A DNA stretch of 64,000 nt, taken from positions 36,394,001 to 36,458,000 of the forward strand of contig OZ024758.1 in the NCBI GenBank assembly GCA_964016885.1, written 5' to 3'. Each line of letters begins with the position of its first letter. Positions within the stretch are counted from its first letter, which is position 1. Below are positions 40,205-51,600 of this stretch, piece after piece. This DNA is from Eledone cirrhosa (Eukaryota). A program made the translations under genes and the position numbers. The notes under the pieces were generated by a model. It was given only the letters and a program-made list of their open reading frames with translations. It did no database searches and had not been told where the DNA came from.

Positions 40205-43200
40205 ATGGTATTAGCAGTCAGAAGTCAGTCCACTGTTGGTGAGAATTCATTTAAGTTCATGGTACTAGCTGTCAGAAGTAACCCCAATGTTGGTGAGAAT
40301 TCATTTAAGTTCATGGTATTAGCTGTCAGAAGTCACTCCAATGTTGGTGAGAATTCATTTAAGTTCATAGTATTAGCTGTCAGAAGTAACTCCACTGTTG
40401 GTGAGAATTCATTTAAGTTCATGGTATTAGTTTGTCAGAAGTAACTCCACTGTTGGTGAGAATTCATTTAAGTCATGGTATTAGTTGTCAGAAGTAACTC
40501 CAATGTTGGTGAGAATTCATTTAAGTTCATGGTATTAGCTGTCAGAAGGAACTCCACTGTTGGTGAGAATTCATTTAAGTTCATGGTATTAGCTGTCAGA
40601 AGGAACTCCAATGTTGGTGAGAATTCATTTAAGTCATGGTACTAGCTGTCAGAAGTAACTCCACTGTTGGTGAGAATTCATTTAAGTTCATGGTATTAGC
40701 TGTCAGAAGGAACGCCACTGTTGGTGAGAATTCATTTAAGTTCATGGTATTAGCTGTCAGAAGTAACTCCACTGTTGGTGAGAATTCATTTAAGTTCATG
40801 GTACTAGCTGTCAGAAGTAACTCCAATGTTGGTGAGAATTCATTTAAGTTCATGGTATTAGCTGTCAGAAGGAACTCCACTGTTGGTGAGAATTCATTTA
40901 AGTTCATGGTATTAGCTGTCAGAAGTAACTCCACTGTTGGTGAGAATTCATTTAAGTCATGGTATTAGCTGTCAGAAGTAACTCCATTGTTGGTGAGAAT
41001 TCATTTAAGTCATGGTACTAGCTGTCAGAAGTAACTCCAATGTTGGTGAGAATTCATTTAAGTCATGGTACTAGCTGTCAGAAGTAACTCCAATGTTGGT
41101 GAGAATTCATTTAAGTTCATGTTATTAGCTGTCAGAAGGAACTCCACTGTTGGTGAGAATTCATTTAAGTTCATGGTATTAGCTGTCAGAAGTAACTCCA
41201 CTGTTGGTGAGAATTCATTTAAGTTCATGGTATTAGCTGTCAGAAGTAACTCCACCGTTGGTGAGAATTCATTTAAGTTCATGGTACTAGCTGTCAGAAG
41301 TAACTCCAATGTTGGTGAGAATTCATTTAAGTTCATGGTATTAGCTGTCAGAAGTAACTCCACTGTTGGTAAGAATTCATTTAAGTCATGGTATTAGCTG
41401 TCAGAAGTAACTCCACTGTTGGTGAGAATTCATTTAAGTTCATGGTATTAGCTGTCAGAAGTAACTCCACTGTTGGTGAGAATTCATTTAAGTTCATGGT
41501 ATTAGCTGTCAGAAGTAACTCCAATGTTGGTGAGAATTCATTTAAGTTCATGGTATTAGCTGTCAGAAGTAACTCCACTGTTGGTGAGAATTCATTTAAG
41601 TCATGGTATTAGCTGTCAAAAGTAACTCCACTGTTGGTGAGAATTCATTTAAGTTTATGGTATTAGCTGTCAGAAGTAACTCCACTGTTGGTGAGAATTC
41701 ATTTAAGTTCATGGTATTAGCTGTCAGAAGTAACTCCACTGTTGGTGAGAATTCATTTAATTTCATGGTACTAGCTGTCAGAAGTAACTCCACTGTTGGT
41801 GAGAATTCATTTAAGTTCATGGTACTAGCTGTCAGAAGTAACTCCAATGTTGGTGAGAATTCATTTAAGTTCATGGTATTAGCTGTCAGAAGTAACTCCA
41901 CTGTTGGTGAGAATTCATTTAAGTCATGGTATTAGCTGTCAGAAGTAACTCCAATGTTGGTCAGAATTCATTTAAGTTCATGGTATTAGCAGTCAGAAGT
42001 CAGTCCACTGTTGGTGAGAATTCATTTAAGTTCATGGTACTAGCTGTCAGAAGTAACCCCAATGTTGGTGAGAATTCATTTAAGTTCATGGTATTAGCTG
42101 TCAGAAGTCACTCCAATGTTGGTGAGAATTCATTTAAGTTCATGGTATTAGCTGTCAGAAGTAACTCCACTGTTGGTGAGAATTCATTTAAGTTCATGGT
42201 ATTAGTTTGTCAGAAGTAACTCCACTGTTGGTGAGAATTCATTTAAGTCATGGTATTAGTTGTCAGAAGTAACTCCAATGTTGGTGAGAATTCATTTAAG
42301 TTCATGGTATTAGCTGTCAGAAGGAACTCCACTGTTGGTGAGAATTCATTTAAGTTCATGGTATTAGCTGTCAGAAGGAACTCCAATGTTGGTGAGAATT
42401 CATTTAAGTCATGGTACTAGCTGTCAGAAGTAACTCCACTGTTGGTGAGAATTCATTTAAGTTCATGGTATTAGCTGTCAGAAGGAACGCCACTGTTGGT
42501 GAGAATTCATTTAAGTTCATGGTATTAGCTGTCAGAAGTAACTCCACTGTTGGTGAGAATTCATTTAAGTTCATGGTACTAGCTGTCAGAAGTAACTCCA
42601 ATGTTGGTGAGAATTCATTTAAGTTCATGGTATTAGCTGTCAGAAGGAACTCCACTGTTGGTGAGAATTCATTTAAGTTCATGGTATTAGCTGTCAGAAG
42701 TAACTCCACTGTTGGTGAGAATTCATTTAAGTCATGGTATTAGCTGTCAGAAGTAACTCCATTGTTGGTGAGAATTCATTTAAGTCATGGTAGTAGCTGT
42801 CAGAAGTAACTCCAATGTTGGTGAGAATTCATTTAAGTCATGGTACTAGCTGTCAGAAGTAACTCCAATGTTGGTGAGAATTCATTTAAGTTCATGTTAT
42901 TAGCTGTCAGAAGGAACTCCACTGTTGGTGAGAATTCATTTAAGTTCATGGTATTAGCTGTCAGAAGTAACTCCACTGTTGGTGAGAATTCATTTAAGTT
43001 CATGGTATTAGCTGTCAGAAGTAACTCCACCGTTGGTGAGAATTCATTTAAGTTCATGGTACTAGCTGTCAGAAGTAACTCCAATGTTGGTGAGAATTCA
43101 TTTAAGTTCATGGTATTAGCTGTCAGAAGTAACTCCACTGTTGGTGAGAATTCATTTAAGTCATGGTATTAGCTGTCAGAAGTAACTCCACTGTTGGTGA

Positions 43201-43754
43201 GAATTCATTTAAGTTCATGGTATTAGCTGTCAGAAGTAACTCCACTGTTGGTGAGAATTCATTTAAGTTCATGGTATTAGCTGTCAGAAGTAACTCCAAT
43301 GTTGGTGAGAATTCATTTAAGTTCATGGTATTAGCTGTCAGAAGTAACTCCACTGTTGGTGAGAATTCATTTAAGTCATGGTATTAGCTGTCAAAAGTAA
43401 CTCCACTGTTGGTGAGAATTCATTTAAGTTCATGGTATTAGCTGTCAGAAGTAACTCCACTGTTGGTGAGAATTCATTTAAGTTCATGGTATTAGCTGTC
43501 AGAAGTAACTCCACTGTTGGTGAGAATTCATTTAATTTCATGGTACTAGCTGTCAGAAGTAACTCCACTGTTGGTGAGAATTCATTTAAGTTCATGGTAC
43601 TAGCTGTCAGAAGTAACTCCAATGTTGGTGAGAATTCATTTAAGTTCATGGTATTAGCTGTCAGAAGTAACTCCACTGTTGGTGAGAATACATTTAAGTC
43701 ATGGTATTAGCTGTCAGAAGTAACTCCAATGTTGGTCAGAATTCATTTAAGTTC
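40205..43754. repeat. 1775-bp (33-monomer) tandem duplication
   Basis: ORFs 40636/42411, 41065/42840, 41388/43163, 41603/43378 and 41926/43701 are all +1775. The GTCAAAAG, TTTAATTTC and CCACCG variants are shared. Confidence 0.88.
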
Positions 43755-46700
43755 ATGGTATTAGCTGTCAGAAGGAACTCCACTGTTGCTGAGAATTCAT
43801 TTAAGTTCATGGTATTAGCTGTCAGAAGTAACTCCACTGTTGGTGAGAATTCATTTAAGTTCATGGTACTAGCTGTCAGAAGTAACTCCACTGTTGGTGA
43901 GAATTCATTTAAGTTCATGGTATTAGCTGTCAGAAGTCACTCCAACGTTGGTGAGAATTCATTTAAGTTCATGGTATTAGCTGTCAGAAGTCACTCCACT
44001 GTTGGTGAGAATTCATTTAAGTTCATGGTACTAGCTGTCGGAAGTAACCCCAATGTTGGTGAGAAATCATTTAAGTTCATGGTATTAGCTGTCAGAAGTC
44101 ACTCCAATGTTGGTGAGAATTCATTTAAGTTCATGGTATTAGCTGTCAGAAGTAACTCCACTGTTGGTGAGAATTCATTTAAGTGCATGGTATTAGCTGT
44201 CAGAAGGAACTCCAATGTTGGTGAGAATTCATTTAAGTCATGGTACTAGCTGTCAGAAGTAACTCCACTGTTGGTGAGAATTCATTTAAGTTCATGGTAT
44301 TAGCTGTCAGAAGGAACGCCACTGTTGGTGAGAATTCATTTAAGTTCATGGTATTAGCTGTCAGAAGTAACTCCACTGTTGGTGAGAATTCATTTAAGTT
44401 CATGGTACTAGCTGTCAGAAGTAACTCCAATGTTGGTGAGAATTCATTTAAGTTCATGGTATTAGCTGTCAGAAGTCACTCCAATGTTGGTGAGAATTCA
44501 TTTCAGTTCATGGTATTAGCAGTCAGAAGTCAGTCCACTGTTGGTGAGAATTCATTTAAGTTCATGGTACTAGCTGTCAGAAGTAACCCCAATGTTGGTG
44601 AGAATTCATTTAAGTTCATGGTATTAGCTGTCAGAAGTCACTCCAATGTTGGTGAGAATTCATTTAAGTTCATGGTATTAGCTGTCAGAAGTAACTCCAC
44701 TGTTGGTGAGAATTCATTTAAGTTCATGGTATTAGTTTGTCAGAAGTAACTCCACTGTTGGTGAGAATTCATTTAAGTCATGGTATTAGTTGTCAGAAGT
44801 AACTCCAATGTTGGTGAGAATTCATTTAAGTTCATGGTATTAGCTGTCAGAAGGAACTCCACTGTTGGTGAGAATTCATTTAAGTTCATGGTATTAGCTG
44901 TCAGAAGGAACTCCAATGTTGGTGAGAATTCATTTAAGTCATGGTACTAGCTGTCAGAAGTAACTCCACTGTTGGTGAGAATTCATTTAAGTTCATGGTA
45001 TTAGCTGTCAGAAGGAACGCCACTGTTGGTGAGAATTCATTTAAGTTCATGGTATTAGCTGTCAGAAGTAACTCCACTGTTGGTGAGAATTCATTTAAGT
45101 TCATGGTACTAGCTGTCAGAAGTAACTCCAATGTTGGTGAGAATTCATTTAAGTTCATGGTAATAGCTGTCAGAAGGAACTCCACTGTTGGTGAGAATTC
45201 ATTTAAGTTCATGGTATTAGCTGTCAGAAGTAACTCCACTGTTGGTGAGAATTCATTTAAGTCATGGTATTAGCTGTCAGAAGTAACTCCATTGTTGGTG
45301 AGAATTCATTTAAGTCATGGTACTAGCTGTCAGAAGTAACTCCAATGTTGGTGAGAATTCATTTAAGTCATGGTACTAGCTGTCAGAAGTAACTCCAATG
45401 TTGGTGAGAATTCATTTAAGTTCATGTTATTAGCTGTCAGAAGGAACTCCACTGTTGGTGAGAATTCATTTAAGTTCATGGTATTAGCTGTCAGAAGTAA
45501 CTCCACTGTTGGTGAGAATTCATTTAAGTTCATGGTATTAGCTGTCAGAAGTAACTCCACCGTTGGTGAGAATTCATTTAAGTTCATGGTACTAGCTGTC
45601 AGAAGTAACTCCACTGTTGGTGAGAATTCATTTAAGTCATGGTATTAGCTGTCAGAAGTAACTCCACTGTTGGTGAGAATTCATTTAAGTTCATGGTATT
45701 AGCTGTCAGAAGTAACTCCACTGTTGGTGAGAATTCATTTAAGTTCATGGTACTAGCTGTCAGAAGTAACTCCAATGTTGGTGAGAATTCATTTAAGTTC
45801 ATGGTATTAGCTGCCAGAAGTAACTCCACTGTTGGTGAGAATTCATTTAAGTCATGGTATTAGCTGTCAAAAGTAACTCCACTGTTGGTGAGAATTCATT
45901 TAGGTTCATGGTATTAGCTGTCAGAAGTAACTCCACTGTTGGTGAGAATTCATTTAAGTTCATGGTATTAGCTGTCAGAAGTAACTCCACTGTTGGTGAG
46001 AATTCATTTAATTTCATGGTACTAGCTGTCAGAAGTAACTCCACTGTTGGTGAGAATTCATTTAAGTTCATGGTACTAGCTGTCAGAAGTAACTCCAATG
46101 TTGGTGAGAATTCATTTAAGTTCATGGTATTAGCTGTCAGAAGTAACTCCACTGTTGGTGAGAATTCATTTAAGTCATGGTATTAGCTGTCAGAAGTAAC
46201 TCCACTGTTGGTGAGAATTCATTTAAGTTCATGGTATTAGCTGTCAGAAGGAACTCCACTGTTGGTGAGAATTCATTTAAGTTCATGGTACTAGCTGTCA
46301 GAAGTAACTCCAATGTTGGTGAGAATTCATTTAAGTTCATGGTATTAGCTGTCAGAAGTAACTCCACTGTTGGTGAGTATTCATTTAAGTCATGGTATTA
46401 GCTGCCAGAAGTAACTCCACTGTTGGTGAGAATTCATTTAACTTCATGGTATTAGCTGTCAGAAGTAACTCCACTGTTGGTGAGAATTCATTTAAGTTCA
46501 TGGTATTAGCTGTCAGAAGTAACTCCACAGTTGGTGAGAATTCATTTAAGTTCATGGTATTAGTTGGTCAGAAGTAACTCCACTGTTGGTGAGAATTCAT
46601 TTAAGTCATGGTATTAGTTGTCAGAAGGAACTCCAATGTTGGTGAGAATTCATTTAAGCCATGGTACTAGCTGTCAGAAGTAACTCCACTGTTGGTGAGA

Positions 46701-46979
46701 ATTCATTTAAGTTCATGGTATTAGCTGTCAGAAGGAACGCCACTGTTGGTGAGAATTCATTTAAGTTCATGGTATTAGCTGTCAGAAGTTACTCCACTGT
46801 TGGTGAGAATTCATTTAAGTTCATGGTACTAGCTGTCAGAAGTAACTCCAATGTTGGTGAGAATTCATTTAAGTTCATGGTATTAGCTGTCAGAAGGAAC
46901 TCCACTGTTGGTGAGAATTCATTTAAGTTCATGGTATTAGCTGTCAGAAGTAACTCCACTGTTGGTGAGAATTCATTTA

Positions 46980-48330
46980 GGTCATGGTATTAGCTGTCAG
47001 AAGTAACTCCATTGTTGGTGAGAATTCATTTAAGTCATGGTACTAGCTGTCAGAAGTAACTCCAATGTTGGTGAGAATTCATTTAAGTCATGGTACTAGC
47101 TGTCAGAAGTAACTCCAATGTTGGTGAGAATTCATTTAAGTTCATGGTACTAGCTGTCAGAAGTAACTCCACTGTTGGTGAGAATTCATTTAAGTTCATG
47201 GTATTAGCTGTCAGAAGGAACGCCACTGTTGGTGAGAATTCATTTAAGTTCATGGTATTAGCTGTCAGAAGTAACTCCACTGTTGGTGAGAATTCATTTA
47301 AGTTCATGGTACTAGCTGTCAGAAGTAACTCCAATGTTGGTGAGAATTCATTTAAGTTCATGGTATTAGCTGTCAGAAGGAACTCCACTGTTGGTGAGAA
47401 TTCATTTAAGTTCATGGTATTAGCTGTCAGAAGTAACTCCACTGTTGGTGAGAATTCATTTAAGTCATGGTATTAGCTGTCAGAAGTAACTCCATTGTTG
47501 GTGAGAATTCATTTAAGTCATGGTACTAGCTGTCAGAAGTAACTCCAATGTTGGTGAGAATTCATTTAAGTCATGGTACTAGCTGTCAGAAGTAACTCCA
47601 ATGTTGGTGAGAATTCATTTAAGTTCATGTTATTAGCTGTCAGATGGAACTCCACTGTTGGTGAGAATTCATTTAAGTTCATGGTATTAGCTGTCAGAAG
47701 TAACTCCACTGTTGGTGAGAATTCATTTAAGTTCATGGTATTAGCTGTCAGAAGTAACTCCACCGTTGGTGAGAATTCATTTAAGTTCATGGTACTAGCT
47801 GTCAGAAGTAACTCCAATGTTGGTGAGAATTCATTTAAGTTCATGGTATTAGCTGTCAGAAGGAACTCCACTGTTGGTGAGAATTCATTTAAGTTCATGG
47901 TATTAGCTGTCAGAAGTAACTCCACTGTTGGTGAGAATTCATTTAAGTCATGGTATTAGCTGTCAGAAGTAACTCCATTGTTGGTGAGAATTCATTTAAG
48001 TCATGGTACTAGCTGTCAGAAGTAACTCCAATGTTGGTGAGAATTCATTTAAGTCATGGTACTAGCTGTCAGAAGTAACTCCAATGTTGGTGAGAATTCA
48101 TTTAAGTTCATGTTATTAGCTGTCAGATGGAACTCCACTGTTGGTGAGAATTCATTTAAGTTCATGGTATTAGCTGTCAGAAGTAACTCCACTGTTGGTG
48201 AGAATTCATTTAAGTTCATGGTATTAGCTGTCAGAAGTAACTCCACCGTTGGTGAGAATTCATTTAAGTTCATGGTACTAGCTGTCAGAAGTAACTCCAA
48301 TGTTGGTGAGAATTCATTTAAGTTCATGGT
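46980..48330. repeat. 483-bp (9-monomer) local higher-order repeat, about 3 related copies
   Basis: ORF starts 47090, 47573 and 48056 are spaced by 483 bp (9x54-3). The AGATGG variant is shared by the 47573 and 48056 copies. Confidence 0.75.
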
Positions 48331-48639
48331 ATTAGCTGTCAGAAGTAACTCCACTGTTGGTGAGAATTCATTTAAGTCATGGTATTAGCTGTCAGAAGTA
48401 ACTCCACTGTTGGTGAGAATTCATTTAAGTTCATGGTATTAGCTGTCAGAAGTAACTCCACTGTTGGTGAGAATTCATTTAAGTTCATGGTACTAGCTGT
48501 CAGAAGTAACTCCAATGTTGGTGAGAATTCATTTAAGTTCATGGAATTAGCTGTCAGAAGTAACTCCACTGTTGGTGAGAATTCATTTAAGTCATGGTAT
48601 TAGCTGTCAGAAGTAACTCCACTGTTGGTGAGAATTCAT

Positions 48640-51600
48640 TTAATTTCATGGTACTAGCTGTCAGAAGTAACTCCACTGTTGGTGAGAATTCATTTAAGTT
48701 CATGGTACTAGCTGTCAGAAGTAACTCCAATGTTGGTGAGAATTCATTTAAGTTCATGGTATTAGCTGTCAGAAGTAACTCCACTGTTGGTGAGAATTCA
48801 TTTAAGTCATGGTATTAGCTGTCAGAAGTAACTCCACTGTTGGTGAGAATTCATTTAAGTTCATGGTATTAGCTGTCAGAAGGAACTCCACTGTTGGTGA
48901 GAATTCATTTAAGTTCATGGTACTAGCTGTCAGAAGTAACTCCAATGTTGGTGAGAATTCATTTAAGTTCATGGTATTAGCTGTCAGAAGTAACTCCACT
49001 GTTGGTGAGTATTCATTTAAGTCATGGTATTAGCTGCCAGAAGTAACTCCACTGTTGGTGAGAATTCATTTAACTTCATGGTATTAGCTGTCAGAAGTAA
49101 CTCCACTGTTGGTGAGAATTCATTTAAGTTCATGGTATTAGCTGTCAGAAGTAACTCCGCAGTTGGTGAGAATTCATTTAAGTTCATGGTATTAGTGGGT
49201 CAGAAGTAACTCCACTGTTGGTGAGAATTCATTTAAGTCATGGTATTAGTTGTCAGAAGGAACTCCAATGTTGGTGAGAATTCATTTAAGTCATGGTACT
49301 AGCTGTCAGAAGTAACTCCACTGTTGGTGAGAATTCATTTAAGTTCATGGTATTAGCTGTCAGAAGGAACGCCACTGTTGGTGAGAATTCATTTAAGTTC
49401 ATGGTATTAGCTGTCAGAAGTAACTCCACTGTTGGTGAGAATTCATTTAAGTTCATGGTACTAGCTGTCAGAAGTAACTCCAATGTTGGTGAGAATTCAT
49501 TTAAGTTCATGGTATTAGCTGTCAGAAGAAACTCCACTGTTGGTGAGAATTCATTTAAGTTCATGGTATTAGCTGTCAGAAGTAACTCCACTGTTGGTGA
49601 GAATTCATTTAGGTCATGGTATTAGCTGTCAGAAGTAACTCCATTGTTGGTGAGAATTCATTTAAGTCATGGTACTAGCTGTCAGAAGTAACTCCAATGT
49701 TGGTGAGAATTCATTTAAGTCATGGTACTAGCTGTCAGAAGTAACTCCAATGTTGGTGAGAATTCATTTAAGTTCATGTTATTAGCTGTCAGAAGGAACT
49801 CCACTGTTGGTGAGAATTCATTTAAGTTCATGGTATTAGCTGTCAGAAGTAACTCCACTGTTGGTGAGAATTCATTTAAGTTCATGGTATTAGCTGTCAG
49901 AAGTAACTCCACTGTTGGTGAGAATTCATTTAAGTTCATGGTACTAGCTGTCAGAAGTAACTCCAATGTTGGTGAGAATTCATTTAAGTTCATGGTATTA
50001 GCTGTCAGAAGAAACTCCACTGTTGGTGAGAATTCATTTAAGTCATGGTATTAGCTGTCAGAAGTAACTCCACTGTTGGTGAGAATTCATTTAAGTTCAT
50101 GGTATTAGCTGTCAGAAGTAACTCCACTGTTGGTGAGAATTCATTTAAGTTCATGGTATTAGCTGTCAGAAGGAACGCCACTGTTGGTGAGAATTCATTT
50201 AAGTTCATGGTATTAGCTGTCAGAAGTAACTCCACTGTTGGTGAGAATTCATTTAAGTTCATGGTATAAGCTGTCAGAAGTAACTCCAATGTTGGTGAGA
50301 ATTCATTTAAGTTCATGGTATTAGCTGTCAGAAGGAACTCCACTGTTGGTGAGAATTCATTTAAGTTCATGGTATTAGCTGTCAGAAGTAACTCCACTGT
50401 TGGTGAGAATTCATTTAGGTCATGGTATTAGCTGTCAGAAGTAACTCCATTGTTGGTGAGAATTCATTTAAGTCATGGTACTAGCTGTCAGAAGTAACTC
50501 CAATGTTGGTGAGAATTCATTTAAGTCATGGTACTAGCTGTCAGAAGTAACTCCAATGTTGGTGAGAATTCATTTAAGTTCATGTTATTAGCTGTCAGAA
50601 GGAACTCCACTGTTGGTGAGAATTCATTTAAGTTCATGGTATTAGCTGTCAGAAGTAACTCCACTGTTGGTGAGAATTCATTTAAGTTCATGGTATTAGC
50701 TGTCAGAAGTAACTCCACCGTTGGTGAGAATTCATTTAAGTTCATGGTACTAGCTGTCAGAAGTAACTCCAATGTTGGTGAGAATTCATTTAAGTTCATG
50801 GTATTAGCTGTCAGAAGTAACTCCACTGTTGGTGAGAATTCATTTAAGTCATGGTATTAGCTGTCAGAAGTAACTCCACTGTTGGTGAGAATTCATTTAA
50901 GTTCATGGTATTAGCTGTCAGAAGTAACTCCACTGTTGGTGAGAATTCATTTAAGTTCATGGTACTAGCTGTCAGAAGTAACTCCAATGTTGGTGAGAAT
51001 TCATTTACGTTCATGGTATTAGCTGTCAGAAGTAACTCCACTGTTGGTGAGAATTCATTTAAGTCATGGTATTAGCTGTCAGAAGTAACTCCACTGTTGG
51101 TGAGAATTCATTTAAGTTCATGGTATTAGCTGTCAGAAGTAACTCCACTGTTGGTGAGAATTCATTTAAGTTCATGGTATTAGCTGTCAGAAGTAACTCC
51201 ACTGTTGGTGAGAATTCATTTAATTTCATGGTATTAGCTGTCAGAAGTAACTCCACTGTTGGTGAGAATTCATTTAAGTTCATGGTACTAGCTGTCAGAA
51301 GTAACTCCAATGTTGGTGAGAATTCATTTAAGTTCATGGTATTAGCTGTCAGAAGTAACTCCACTGTTGGTGAGAATTCATTTAAGTCATGGTATTAGCT
51401 GTCAGAAGTAACTCCACTGTTGGTGAGAATTCATTTAAGTTCATGGTATTAGCTGTCAGAAGGAGCTCCACTGTTGGTGATAATTCATTTAAGTTCATGG
51501 TACTAGCTGTCAGAAGTAACTCCAATGTTGGTGAGAATTCATTTAAGTTCATGGTATTAGCTGTCAGAAGTAACTCCACCGTTGGTGAGTATTCATTTAA

